This document shows, piece by piece, positions 37,201-52,200 of a DNA stretch of 64,000 bases (within the stretch, counting starts at the first letter, position 1; each line of letters begins with the position of its first letter). Below the pieces are notes generated by a model. That model saw only the letters and a program-made list of their open reading frames with translations. It did not search any database and was not told the origin of the DNA. This DNA comes from the human T2T-CHM13v2.0 reference genome, Homo sapiens: the NCBI RefSeq assembly GCF_009914755.1, contig NC_060929.1. One strand, 5' to 3'. A program made the position numbers and the translations under genes.

Positions 37201-40200
37201 AACTCACAGAGTTGAACCTTCTTTTAGATAGAGCAGATTTGAAACACACTTTCTGTGGAATTTCCAATTGGAGATTTCAAGCGCTTCAGGGCCAATGGTA
37301 GAAAAGGAAAAATCTTCACATAAAAACTAGACAAAATCATTCCCAGAAACTGTGTAGTGATGTGTATGTTTAACTCACAGAGTTTATCCTTTCTTTTCAT
37401 AGAGCAGTTGGGAAACACTCTGTTTGAAAAGTCTGCATGTGGATATTTGGACCGCCATGAGGCGTTCTTTGGAAATGGTATTTCTTCATTTAAGGCTACA
37501 CAGAAGAATTCTCAGTAACTTCCTCGTGTTGTGTGTATTCAGCTCACAGAGTTGAACCTTCTTTTAGATAGAGCAGATTTGAAAGACACTTTTTGGGGAA
37601 TTTGCAAGTGGGGATTTCAAGCGCTTTGAGGCCAACGGTAGAAAAGGAAATATCTTCGAATAAAAAGTAGACAGAATCATTCCCAGAAACTGCGTTTTGA
37701 TGTGTGCGTTCACCTAACAGAGTTTAACCTTCCTTTTCATAGAGCAGTTGGGAAACGCTATGTTTGTAAAGTCTGCAAGTGGATATTGGGAACTCTTTGA
37801 GGCCTTCATTGGGAATGGGGTTTCTTCATATAATGCTAGACAGAAGATTTCCCAGTAACTTCTTCCTGTTGTGTGTATTCAACTGACAACAGATGAACCT
37901 TCCTTTAGAGAGAGCAGATTTGAAACACTCTTTTTGTGGAATTTGCAAGTGGAGATTTCAGCCGCTTTAACGTCAATGGTAGAAAAGGAAATATCTTCGC
38001 ATAAAAGCAAGACAGAATCATTTTCAGAAACTGCTTTGTGATGTGTGCATTCAACTCACAGAGTTTAACCTTTGTTTTCATAGAGCCGTTTGGAAACACA
38101 CAGTTTGTCAAATCTGTAAGTCGATATTCGGACCTATTTGAGGCCTTCGTTGGAAACGGGATTTCTTCATATAATGCTAGAAAGAAGAATTCTCAGTAAC
38201 TTCCTTGTGTTGTGTGTAATCAACACACAGAATAGAACGTTCCTTTAGATAGAGCAGATTTGAAACACTCTTTTTGTGGAAGTTGCACGTGGAGATTTCA
38301 AGCGCTTTGTGACCAGTGGTAGAAAATGAAATATCTTCGTATAAAAAGTACACAGAATCATTCTCAGAAACTACTTTCTGATGTGTGCGTTCAACTCTCG
38401 GAGTTTAAACTTTCTTTTCATAGAGCAGTTTGGAAACAGTGTGTTTGTAAAGTCTGCAAGTGGATATTCGGACCTCTTTGGCGCCTTATTTTGAAACGGG
38501 GTTTCTCCATATAATGCTAGACAGAAGAATTCTCAGTAACTTGTTTGTGTTGTGTGTGTTCAACTCACAGAGTTGAACCTTCCTTTAGACAGAGCAGATT
38601 TGAAACACTCTTTTTGTGGAATTTGCAAGTGGAGATTTCAAGCGCTTTGAGGCCAAAGGCAGAAAAGGAAATATCTTCGTATAAAAACTAGATAGATCAT
38701 TCTCAGAAACTGCTTTGTGATGTGTGCGTTCAACTCACAGAGTTTCACTTATCTTTTCGTACAGCAGCTTGGAAACACTCTGTTTGTAATGTCTGCAAGT
38801 GGATATTTTGACCTCTTTGAGGTCTTCGTTGGAAACGGGTTTTATTCATGTAAGGCTAGACAGAAGAATTCTCAGTAACTTCTTTGTATTGTGTGTATTC
38901 CACTGACAGAGTTGACCCTTCCTTTAGACAGAGCACATTTGAACCACTCTTTTTGTGGAATTTGCAAGTGGAGATTTCAGACGCATTGAGGTCAATGGTA
39001 GAAAAGGAAATATCTTCGTATAAAAACTAGACAGAATGATTCTCAGAACCTGCTTCGTGATGTGTGTGTTCAGTTCAAAGAGTTTTACCTTTCTTTTCAT
39101 AGAGCAGTTAGGAAACACTCTGTTTGAACAGTCTGAAAGTGGATATTCCGATCTCTTTGAGGCCTTTGTTGGAAAAGGGATTTCTTCATATAATGCTAGA
39201 CAGAGGAATTCTCAGTAACTTCTCTGTGTTGTGTGTATTCAAATCACAGAGTTGAACGTTCCTTTAGACAGAGCAGACTTGAAACACTCTTTTTGTGGAA
39301 TTTGCAATAGGAAATTTCAAGCGCTTTGAGGCCAAAGGCAGAAGAGGAAATATCTTCGTATAAAAACAAGTCAGAATCATTCTCAGAAACTGCTTAATCA
39401 TGTGTGCGTTCGACTCACGGAGTTTAACCTACCTTTTCATACAGCAGTTTGGAAACACTCTGTTTGTAAAGTCTGCACGTGGATATTTGGACATCTTTGA
39501 GGCCTTCGTTGGAAACGGGTTTTATTCATGTAAGGCTAGACAGAAGATTTCTCAGTAACTTCTTTGTGTTGTGTGTATTCAACTGACAGAGTTGACCCTT
39601 CTTTTAGGTAGAGCAGATTTGAGACACTCTTTTTGTGGAATTTGCAAGTGGAGATTTCAGACGCTTTGAGGTCAATGGTAGAAAAGGACATTTCTTCGTA
39701 TAAAAACTTGACAGAATGATTCTCAGAAACTGCTTTGTGATGTATGCGTTCAATTCAAAGAGTTCTACCTTTCTTTTCATAGAGCACTTAGGAAACACTC
39801 TGTTTGTAAAGACTGCAAGTGGATATTCGGACCTCTATGAGGCCTTCTTTGGAAAAGGGATTTCTTTATATAATGCTAGACAGAGGAATTCTTCGTAACT
39901 TCTTTGTATTGTGTGTATTCAACTCACAGAGTTGAACCTTCTTTTAGATAGAGCAGATTTGAAACACACTTTCTGTGGAATTTCCAATTGGAGATTTCAA
40001 GTGCTTCGGGGCCAATGGTAGTAAAGGTAAAATCTTCACATAAAAACTAGACAAACTCATTCCCAGAAACTGTGTAGTGATGTGTATGTTTAACTCACAG
40101 AGTTTATCCTTTCTTTTCATAGAGCAGTTGGGAAACACTCTGTTTGAAAAGTCTGCATGTGGATATTTGGACCGCCATGAGGCGTTCTTTGGAAATGGTA

Positions 40201-43200
40201 TTTCTTCATTTAAGGCTACACAGAAGAATTCTCAGTAACTTCCTTGTGTTGTGTGTATTCAGCTCACAGAGTTGAACCTTCTTTTAGATAGAGCAGATTT
40301 GAAAGACACTTTTTGGGGAATTTGCAAGTGGGGATTTCAAGCGCTTTGAGGCCAACGGTAGAAAAGGAAATATCTTCGAATAAAAAGTAGACAGAATCAT
40401 TCCCAGAAACTGCGTTTTGATGTGTGCGTTCACCTAACAGAGTTTAACCTTCCTTTTCATAGAGCAGTTGGGAAACGCTATGTTTGTAAAGTCTGCAAGT
40501 GGATATTGGGAACTCTTTGAGGCCTTCATTGGGAATGGGGTTTCTTCATATAATGCTAGACAGAAGATTTCCCAGTAACTTCTTCCTGTTGTGTGTATTC
40601 AACTGACAACAGATGAACCTTCCTTTAGAGAGAGCAGATTTGAAACACTCTTTTTGTGGAAGTTGCAAGTGGAGATTTCAGCCTCTTTAACGTCAATGGT
40701 AGAAAAGGAAATATCTTCGCATAAAAACAAGACAGAATCATTTTCAGAAACTGCTTTGTGATGTGTGCATTCAACTCACAGAGTTTAACCTTTGTTTTCA
40801 TAGAGCCGTTTGGAAACACACAGTTTGTCAAATCTGTAAGTCGATATTCGGACCTATTTGAGGCCTTCGTTGGAAACGGGATTTCTTCATATAATGCTAG
40901 AAAGAAGAATTCTCAGTAACTTCCTTGTGTTGTGTGTAATCAACTCACAGAATAGAACGTTCCTTTAGATAGAGCAGATTTGAAGCACTCTTTTTGTGGA
41001 AGTTGCACGTGGAGATTTCAAGCGCTTTGTGACCAGTGGTAGAAAATGAAATATCTTCGTATAAAAAGTACACAGAATCATTCTCAGAAACTACTTTCTG
41101 ATGTGTGCGTTCAACTCTCGGAGTTTAAACTTTCTTTTCATAGAGCAGTTTGGAAACAGTGTGTTTGTAAAGTCTGCAAGTGGATATTCGGACCTCTTTG
41201 GCGCCTTATTTTGAAACGGGGTTTCTCCATATAATGCTAGACAGAAGAATTCTCAGTAACTTGTTTGTGTTGTGTGTGTTCAACTCACAGAGTTGAACCT
41301 TCCTTTAGACAGAGCAGATTTGAAACACTCTTTTTGTGGAATTTGCAAGTGGAGATTTCAAGCGCTTTGAGGCCAAAGGCAGAAAAGGAAATATCTTCGT
41401 ATAAAAACTAGATAGATCATTCTCAGAAACTGCTTTGTGATGTGTGCGTTCAACTCACAGAGTTTCACTTATCTTTTCGTACAGCAGCTTGGAAACACTC
41501 TGTTTGTAATGTCTGCAAGTGGATATTTTGACCTCTTTTAGGTCTTCGTTGGAAACGGGTTTTATTCATGTAAGGCTAGACAGAAGAATTCTCAGTAACT
41601 TCTTTGTATTGTGTGTATTCCACTGACAGAGTTGACCCTTCCTTTAGACAGAGCACATTTGAACCACTCTTTTTGTGGAATTTGCAAGTGGAGATTTCAG
41701 ACGCATTGAGGTCAATGGTAGAAAAGGAAATATCTTCGTATAAAAACTAGACAGAATGATTCTCAGAACCTGCTTCGTGATGTGTGTGTTCAGTTCAAAG
41801 AGTTTTACCTTTCTTTTCATAGAGCAGTTAGGAAACACTCTGTTTGAACAGTCTGAAAGTGGATATTCCGATCTCTTTGAGGCCTTCGTTGGAAAAGGGA
41901 TTTCTCCATATAATGCTAGACAGACGAATTCTCAGTAACTTCTCTGTGTTGTGTGTATTCAAATCACAGAGTTGAACGTTCCTTTAGACAGAGCAGACTT
42001 GAAACACTCTTTTTGTGGAATTTGCAATAGCAAATTTCAAGCGCTTTGAGGCCAAAGGCAGAAGAGGAAATATCTTCGTATAAAAACAAGTCAGAATCAT
42101 TCTCAGAAACTGCTTAATCATGTGTGCGTTCGACTCACGGAGTTTAACCTACCTTTTCATACAGCAGTTTGGAAACACTCTGTTTGTAAAGTCTGCACGT
42201 GGATATTTGGACATCTTTGAGGCCTTCGTTGGAAACGGGTTTTATTCATGTAAGGCTAGACAGTAGATTTCTCAGTAACTTCTTTGTGTTGTGTGTATTC
42301 AACTGACAGAGTTGACCCTTCTTTTAGGTAGAGCAGATTTGAGACACTCTTTTTGTGGAATTTGCAAGTGGAGATTTCAGACGCTTTGAGGTCAATGGTA
42401 GAAAAGGACATTTCTTCGTATAAAAACTTGACAGAATGATTCTCAGAAACTGCTTTGTGATGTATGCGTTCAATTCAAAGAGTTCTACCTTTCTTTTCAT
42501 AGAGCACTTAGGAAACACTCTGTTTGTAAAGACTGCAAGTGGATATTCGGACCTCTATGAGGCCTTCTTTGGAAAAGGGATTTCTTCATATAATGCTAGA
42601 CAGAGGAATTCTTCGTAACTTCTTTGTATTGTGTGTATTCAACTCACAGAGTTGAACCTTCTTTTAGATAGAGCAGATTTGAAACACACTTTCTGTGGAA
42701 TTTCCAATTGGAGATTTCAAGCGCTTCAGGGCCAATGGTAGAAAAGGAAAAATCTTCACATAAAAACTAGACAAAATCATTCCCAGAAACTGTGTAGTGA
42801 TGTGTATGTTTAACTCACAGAGTTTATCCTTTCTTTTCATAGAGCAGTTGGGAAACACTCTGTTTGAAAAGTCTGCATGTGGATATTTGGACCGCCATGA
42901 GGCGTTCTTTGGAAATGGTATTTCTTCATTTAAGGCTACACAGAAGAATTCTCAGTAACTTCCTTGTGTTGTGTGTATTCAGCTCACAGAGTTGAACCTT
43001 CTTTTAGATAGAGCAGATTTGAAAGACACTTTTTGGGGAATTTGCAAGTGGGGATTTCAAGCGCTTTGAGGCCAACGGTAGAAAAGGAAATATCTTCGAA
43101 TAAAAAGTAGACAGAATCATTCCCAGAAACTGCGTTTTGATGTGTGCGTTCACCTAACAGAGTTTAACCTTCCTTTTCATAGAGCAGTTGGGAAACGCTA

Positions 43201-46200
43201 TGTTTGTAAAGTCTGCAAGTGGATATTGGGAACTCTTTGAGGCCTTCATTGGGAATGGGGTTTCTTCATATAATGCTAGACAGAAGATTTCCCAGTAACT
43301 TCTTCCTGTTGTGTGTATTCAACTGACAACAGATGAACCTTCCTTTAGAGAGAGCAGATTTGAAACACTCTTTTTGTGGAATTTGCAAGTGGAGATTTCA
43401 GCCGCTTTAACGTCAATGGTAGAAAAGGAAATATCTTCGCATAAAAGCAAGACAGAATCATTTTCAGAAACTGCTTTGTGATGTGTGCATTCAACTCACA
43501 GAGTTTAACCTTTGTTTTCCTAGAGCCGTTTGGAAACACACAGTTTGTCAAATCTGTAAGTCGATATTCGGACCTATTTGAGGCCTTCGTTGGAAACGGG
43601 ATTTCTTCATATAATGCTAGAAAGAAGAATTCTCAGTAACTTCCTTGTGTTGTGTGTAATCAACACACAGAATAGAACGTTCCTTTAGATAGAGCAGATT
43701 TGAAACACTCTTTTTGTGGAAGTTGCACGTGGAGATTTCAAGCGCTTTGTGACCAGTGGTAGAAAATGAAATATCTTCGTATAAAAAGTACACAGAATCA
43801 TTCTCAGAAACTACTTTCTGATGTGTGCGTTCAACTCTCGGAGTTTAAACTTTCTTTTCATAGAGCAGTTTGGAAACAGTGTGTTTGTAAAGTCTGCAAG
43901 TGGATATTCGGACCTCTTTGGCGCCTTATTTTGAAACGGGGTTTCTCCATATAATGCTAGACAGAAGACTTCTCAGTAACTTGTTTGTGTTGTGTGTGTT
44001 CAACTCACAGAGTTGAACCTTCCTTTAGACAGAGCAGATTTGAAACACTCTTTTTGTGGAATTTGCAAGTGGAGATTTCAAGCGCTTTGAGGCCAAAGGC
44101 AGAAAAGGAAATATCTTCGTATAAAAACTAGATAGATCATTCTCAGAAACTGCTTTGTGATGTGTGCGTTCAACTCACAGAGTTTCACTTATCTTTTCGT
44201 ACAGCAGCTTGGAAACACTCTGTTTGTAATGTCTGCAAGTGGATATTTTGACCTCTTTTAGGTCTTCGTTGGAAACGGGTTTTATTCATGTAAGGCTAGA
44301 CAGAAGAATTCTCAGTAACTTCTTTGTATTGTGTGTATTCCACTGACAGAGTTGACCCTTCCTTTAGACAGAGCACATTTGAACCACTCTTTTTGTGGAA
44401 TTTGCAAGTGGAGATTTCAGACGCATTGAGGTCAATGGTAGAAAAGGAAATATCTTCGTATAAAAACTAGACAGAATGATTCTCAGAACCTGCTTCGTGA
44501 TGTGTGTGTTCAGTTCAAAGAGTTTTACCTTTCTTTTCATAGAGCAGTTAGGAAACACTCTGTTTGAACAGTCTGAAAGTGGATATTCCGATCTCTTTGA
44601 GGCCTTTGTTGGAAAAGGGATTTCTTCATATAATGCTAGACAGAGGAATTCTCAGTAACTTCTCTGTGTTGTGTGTATTCAAATCACAGAGTTGAACGTT
44701 CCTTTAGACAGAGCAGACTTGAAACACTCTTTTTGTGGAATTTGCAATAGGAAATTTCAAGCGCTTTGAGGCCAAAGGCAGAAGAGGAAATATCTTCGTA
44801 TAAAAACAAGTCAGAATCATTCTCAGAAACTGCTTAATCATGTGTGCGTTCGACTCACGGAGTTTAACCTACCTTTTCATACAGCAGTTTGGAAACACTC
44901 TGTTTGTAAAGTCTGCACGTGGATATTTGGACATCTTTGAGGCCTTCGTTGGAAACGGGTTTTATTCATGTAAGGCTAGACAGAAGATTTCTCAGTAACT
45001 TCTTTGTGTTGTGTGTATTCAACTGACAGAGTTGACCCTTCTTTTAGGTAGAGCAGATTTGAGACACTCTTTTTGTGGAATTTGCAAGTGGAGATTTCAG
45101 ACGCTTTGAGGTCAATGGTAGAAAAGGACATTTCTTCGTATAAAAACTTGACAGAATGATTCTCAGAAACTGCTTTGTGATGTATGCGTTCAATTCAAAG
45201 AGTTCTACCTTTCTTTTCATAGAGCACTTAGGAAACACTCTGTTTGTAAAGACTGCAAGTGGATATTCGGACCTCTATGAGGCCTTCTTTGGAAAAGGGA
45301 TTTCTTCATATAATGCTAGACAGAGGAATTCTTCGTAACTTCTTTGTATTGTGTGTATTCAACTCACAGAGTTGAACCTTCTTTTAGATAGAGCAGATTT
45401 GAAACACACTTTCTGTGGAATTTCCAATTGGAGATTTCAAGTGCTTCGGGGCCAATGGTAGAAAAGGTAAAATCTTCACATAAAAACTAGACAAACTCAT
45501 TCCCAGAAACTGTGTAGTGATGTGTATGTTTAACTCACAGAGTTTATCCTTTCTTTTCATAGAGCAGTTGGGAAACACTCTGTTTGAAAAGTCTGCATGT
45601 GGATATTTGGACCGCCATGAGGCGTTCTTTGGAAATGGTATTTCTTCATTTAAGGCTACACAGAAGAATTCTCAGTAACTTCCTTGTGTTGTGTGTATTC
45701 AGCTCACAGAGTTGAACCTTCTTTTAGATAGAGCAGATTTGAAAGACACTTTTTGGGGAATTTGCAAGTGGGGATTTCAAGCGCTTTGAGGCCAACGGTA
45801 GAAAAGGAAATATCTTCGAATAAAAAGTAGACAGAATCATTCCCAGAAACTGCGTTTTGATGTGTGCGTTCACCTAACAGAGTTTAACCTTCCTTTTCAT
45901 AGAGCAGTTGGGAAACGCTATGTTTGTAAAGTCTGCAAGTGGATATTGGGAACTCTTTGAGGCCTTCATTGGGAATGGGGTTTCTTCATATAATGCTAGA
46001 CAGAAGATTTCCCAGTAACTTCTTCCTGTTGTGTGTATTCAACTGACAACAGATGAACCTTCCTTTAGAGAGAGCAGATTTGAAACACTCTTTTTGTGGA
46101 AGTTGCAAGTGGAGATTTCAGCCGCTTTAACGTCAATGGTAGAAAAGGAAATATCTTCGCATAAAAACAAGACAGAATCATTTTCAGAAACTGCTTTGTG

Positions 46201-49200
46201 ATGTGTGCATTCAACTCACAGAGTTTAACCTTTGTTTTCATAGAGCCGTTTGGAAACACACAGTTTGTCAAATCTGTAAGTCGATATTCGGACCTATTTG
46301 AGGCCTTCGTTGGAAACGGGATTTCTTCATATAATGCTAGAAAGAAGAATTCTCAGTAACTTCCTTGTGTTGTGTGTAATCAACTCACAGAATAGAACGT
46401 TCCTTTAGATAGAGCAGATTTGAAACACTCTTTTTGTGGAAGTTGCACGTGGAGATTTCAAGCGCTTTGTGACCAGTGGTAGAAAATGAAATATCTTCGT
46501 ATAAAAAGTACACAGAATCATTCTCAGAAACTACTTTCTGATGTGTGCGTTCAACTCTCGGAGTTTAAACTTTCTTTTCATAGAGCAGTTTGGAAACAGT
46601 GTGTTTGTAAAGTCTGCAAGTGGATATTCGGACCTCTTTGGCGCCTTATTTTGAAACGGGGTTTCTCCATATAATGCTAGACAGAAGAATTCTCAGTAAC
46701 TTGTTTGTGTTGTGTGTGTTCAACTCACAGAGTTGAACCTTCCTTTAGACAGAGCAGATTTGAAACACTCTTTTTGTGGAATTTGCAAGTGGAGATTTCA
46801 AGCGCTTTGAGGCCAAAGGCAGAAAAGGAAATATCTTCGTATAAAAACTAGATAGATCATTCTCAGAAACTGCTTTGTGATGTGTGCGTTCAACTCACAG
46901 AGTTTCACTTATCTTTTCGTACAGCAGCTTGGAAACACTCTGTTTGTAATGTCTGCAAGTGGATATTTTGACCTCTTTTAGGTCTTCGTTGGAAACGGGT
47001 TTTATTCATGTAAGGCTAGACAGAAGAATTCTCAGTAACTTCTTTGTATTGTGTGTATTCCACTGACAGAGTTGACCCTTCCTTTAGACAGAGCACATTT
47101 GAACCACTCTTTTTGTGGAATTTGCAAGTGGAGATTTCAGACGCATTGAGGTCAATGGTAGAAAAGGAAATATCTTCGTATAAAAACTAGACAGAATGAT
47201 TCTCAGAACCTGCTTCGTGATGTGTGTGTTCAGTTCAAAGAGTTTTACCTTTCTTTTCATAGAGCAGTTAGGAAACACTCTGTTTGAACAGTCTGAAAGT
47301 GGATATTCCGATCTCTTTGAGGCCTTTGTTGGAAAAGGGATTTCTTCATATAATGCTAGACAGAGGAATTCTCAGTAACTTCTCTGTGTTGTGTGTATTC
47401 AAATCACAGAGTTGAACGTTCCTTTAGACAGAGCAGACTTGAAACACTCTTTTTGTGGAATTTGCAATAGGAAATTTCAAGCGCTTTGAGGCCAAAGGCA
47501 GAAGAGGAAATATCTTCGTATAAAAACAAGTCAGAATCATTCTCAGAAACTGCTTAATCATGTGTGCGTTCGACTCACGGAGTTTAACCTACCTTTTCAT
47601 ACAGCAGTTTGGAAACACTCTGTTTGTAAAGTCTGCACGTGGATATTTGGACATCTTTGAGGCCTTCGTTGGAAACGGGTTTTATTCATGTAAGGCTAGA
47701 CAGAAGATTTCTCAGTAACTTCTTTGTGTTGTGTGTATTCAACTGACAGAGTTGACCCTTCTTTTAGGTAGAGCAGATTTGAGACACTCTTTTTGTGGAA
47801 TTTGCAAGTGGAGATTTCAGACGCTTTGAGGTCAATGGTAGAAAAGGACATTTCTTCGTATAAAAACTTGACAGAATGATTCTCAGAAACTGCTTTGTGA
47901 TGTATGCGTTCAATTCAAAGAGTTCTACCTTTCTTTTCATAGAGCACTTAGGAAACACTCTGTTTGTAAAGACTGCAAGTGGATATTCGGACCTCTATGA
48001 GGCCTTCTTTGGAAAAGGGATTTCTTCATATAATGCTAGACAGAGGAATTCTTCGTAACTTCTTTGTATTGTGTGTATTCAACTCACAGAGTTGAACCTT
48101 CTTTTAGATAGAGCAGATTTGAAACACACTTTCTGTGGAATTTCCAATTGGAGATTTCAAGTGCTTCGGGGCCAATGGTAGAAAAGGTAAAATCTTCACA
48201 TAAAAACTAGACAAACTCATTCCCAGAAACTGTGTAGTGATGTGTATGTTTAACTCACAGAGTTTATCCTTTCTTTTCATAGAGCAGTTGGGAAACACTC
48301 TGTTTGAAAAGTCTGCATGTGGATATTTGGACCGCCATGAGGCGTTCTTTGGAAATGGTATTTCTTCATTTAAGGCTACACAGAAGAATTCTCAGTAACT
48401 TCCTTGTGTTGTGTGTATTCAGCTCACAGAGTTGAACCTTCTTTTAGATAGAGCAGATTTGAAAGACACTTTTTGGGGAATTTGCAAGTGGGGATTTCAA
48501 GCGCTTTGAGGCCAACGGTAGAAAAGGAAATATCTTCGAATAAAAAGTAGACAGAATCATTCCCAGAAACTGCGTTTTGATGTGTGCGTTCACCTAACAG
48601 AGTTTAACCTTCCTTTTCATAGAGCAGTTGGGAAACGCTATGTTTGTAAAGTCTGCAAGTGGATATTGGGAACTCTTTGAGGCCTTCATTGGGAATGGGG
48701 TTTCTTCATATAATGCTAGACAGAAGATTTCCCAGTAACTTCTTCCTGTTGTGTGTATTCAACTGACAACAGATGAACCTTCCTTTAGAGAGAGCAGATT
48801 TGAAACACTCTTTTTGTGGAAGTTGCAAGTGGAGATTTCAGCCGCTTTAACGTCAATGGTAGAAAAGGAAATATCTTCGCATAAAAACAAGACAGAATCA
48901 TTTTCAGAAACTGCTTTGTGATGTGTGCATTCAACTCACAGAGTTTAACCTTTGTTTTCATAGAGCCGTTTGGAAACACACAGTTTGTCAAATCTGTAAG
49001 TCGATATTCGGACCTATTTGAGGCCTTCGTTGGAAACGGGATTTCTTCATATAATGCTAGAAAGAAGAATTCTCAGTAACTTCCTTGTGTTGTGTGTAAT
49101 CAACTCACAGAATAGAACGTTCCTTTAGATAGAGCAGATTTGAAACACTCTTTTTGTGGAAGTTGCACGTGGAGATTTCAAGCGCTTTGTGACCAGTGGT

Positions 49201-52200
49201 AGAAAATGAAATATCTTCGTATAAAAAGTACACAGAATCATTCTCAGAAACTACTTTCTGATGTGTGCGTTCAACTCTCGGAGTTTAAACTTTCTTTTCA
49301 TAGAGCAGTTTGGAAACAGTGTGTTTGTAAAGTCTGCAAGTGGATATTCGGACCTCTTTGGCGCCTTATTTTGAAACGGGGTTTCTCCATATAATGCTAG
49401 ACAGAAGAATTCTCAGTAACTTGTTTGTGTTGTGTGTGTTCAACTCACAGAGTTGAACCTTCCTTTAGACAGAGCAGATTTGAAACACTCTTTTTGTGGA
49501 ATTTGCAAGTGGAGATTTCAAGCGCTTTGAGGCCAAAGGCAGAAAAGGAAATATCTTCGTATAAAAACTAGATAGATCATTCTCAGAAACTGCTTTGTGA
49601 TGTGTGCGTTCAACTCACAGAGTTTCACTTATCTTTTCGTACAGCAGCTTGGAAACACTCTGTTTGTAATGTCTGCAAGTGGATATTTTGACCTCTTTTA
49701 GGTCTTCGTTGGAAACGGGTTTTATTCATGTAAGGCTAGACAGAAGAATTCTCAGTAACTTCTTTGTATTGTGTGTATTCCACTGACAGAGTTGACCCTT
49801 CCTTTAGACAGAGCACATTTGAACCACTCTTTTTCTGGAATTTGCAAGTGGAGATTTCAGACGCATTGAGGTCAATGGTACAAAAGGAAATATCTTCGTA
49901 TAAAAACTAGACAGAATGATTCTCAGAACCTGCTTCGTGATGTGTGTGTTCAGTTCAAAGAGTTTTACCTTTCTTTTCATAGAGCAGTTAGGAAACACTC
50001 TGTTTGAACAGTCTGAAAGTGGATATTCCGATCTCTTTGAGGCCTTCGTTGGAAAAGGGATTTCTTCATATAATGCTAGACAGAGGAATTCTCAGTAACT
50101 TCTCTGTGTTGTGTGTATTCAAATCACAGAGTTGAACGTTCCTTTAGACAGAGCAGACTTGAAACACTCTTTTTGTGGAATTTGCAATAGCAAATTTCCA
50201 GCGCTTTGAGGCCAAAGGCAGAAGAGGAAATATCTTCGTATAAAAACAAGTCAGAATCATTCTCAGAAACTGCTTAATCATGTGTGCGTTCGACTCACGG
50301 AGTTTAACCTACCTTTTCATACAGCAGTTTGGAAACACTCTGTTTGTAAAGTCTGCACGTGGATATTTGGACATCTTTGAGGCCTTCGTTGGAAACGGGT
50401 TTTATTCATGTAAGGCTAGACAGTAGATTTCTCAGTAACTTCTTTGTGTTGTGTGTATTCAACTGACAGAGTTGACCCTTCTTTTAGGTAGAGCAGATTT
50501 GAGACACTCTTTTTGTGGAATTTGCAAGTGGAGATTTCAGACGCTTTGAGGTCAATGGTAGAAAAGGACATTTGTTCGTATAAAAACTTGACAGAATGAT
50601 TCTCAGAAACTGCTTTGTGATGTATGCGTTCAATTCAAAGAGTTCTACCTTTCTTTTCATAGAGCACTTAGGAAACACTCTGTTTGTAAAGACTGCAAGT
50701 GGATATTCGGACCTCTATGAGGCCTTCTTTGGAAAAGGGATTTCTTCATATAATGCTAGACAGAGGAATTCTTCGTAACTTCTTTGTATTGTGTGTATTC
50801 AACTCACAGAGTTGAACCTTCTTTTAGATAGAGCAGATTTGAAACACACTTTCTGTGGAATTTCCAATTGGAGATTTCAAGCGCTTCAGGGCCAATGGTA
50901 GAAAAGGAAAAATCTTCACATAAAAACTAGACAAAATCATTCCCAGAAACTGTGTAGTGATGTGTATGTTTAACTCACAGAGTTTATCCTTTCTTTTCAT
51001 AGAGCAGTTGGGAAACACTCTGTTTGAAAAGTCTGCATGTGGATATTTGGACCGCCATGAGGCGTTCTTTGGAAATGGTATTTCTTCATTTAAGGCTACA
51101 CAGAAGAATTCTCAGTAACTTCCTCGTGTTGTGTGTATTCAGCTCACAGAGTTGAACCTTCTTTTAGATAGAGCAGATTTGAAAGACACTTTTTGGGGAA
51201 TTTGCAAGTGGGGATTTCAAGCGCTTTGAGGCCAACGGTAGAAAAGGAAATATCTTCGAATAAAAAGTAGACAGAATCATTCCCAGAAACTGCGTTTTGA
51301 TGTGTGCGTTCACCTAACAGAGTTTAACCTTCCTTTTCATAGAGCAGTTGGGAAACGCTATGTTTGTAAAGTCTGCAAGTGGATATTGGGAACTCTTTGA
51401 GGCCTTCATTGGGAATGGGGTTTCTTCATATAATGCTAGACAGAAGATTTCCCAGTAACTTCTTCCTGTTGTGTGTATTCAACTGACAACAGATGAACCT
51501 TCCTTTAGAGAGAGCAGATTTGAAACACTCTTTTTGTGGAATTTGCAAGTGGAGATTTCAGCCGCTTTAACGTCAATGGTAGAAAAGGAAATATCTTCGC
51601 ATAAAAGCAAGACAGAATCATTTTCAGAAACTGCTTTGTGATGTGTGCATTCAACTCACAGAGTTTAACCTTTGTTTTCATAGAGCCGTTTGGAAACACA
51701 CAGTTTGTCAAATCTGTAAGTCGATATTCGGACCTATTTGAGGCCTTCGTTGGAAACGGGATTTCTTCATATAATGCTAGAAAGAAGAATTCTCAGTAAC
51801 TTCCTTGTGTTGTGTGTAATCAACACACAGAATAGAACGTTCCTTTAGATAGAGCAGATTTGAAACACTCTTTTTGTGGAAGTTGCACGTGGAGATTTCA
51901 AGCGCTTTGTGACCAGTGGTAGAAAATGAAATATCTTCGTATAAAAAGTACACAGAATCATTCTCAGAAACTACTTTCTGATGTGTGCGTTCAACTCTCG
52001 GAGTTTAAACTTTCTTTTCATAGAGCAGTTTGGAAACAGTGTGTTTGTAAAGTCTGCAAGTGGATATTCGGACCTCTTTGGCGCCTTATTTTGAAACGGG
52101 GTTTCTCCATATAATGCTAGACAGAAGAATTCTCAGTAACTTGTTTGTGTTGTGTGTGTTCAACTCACAGAGTTGAACCTTCCTTTAGACAGAGCAGATT

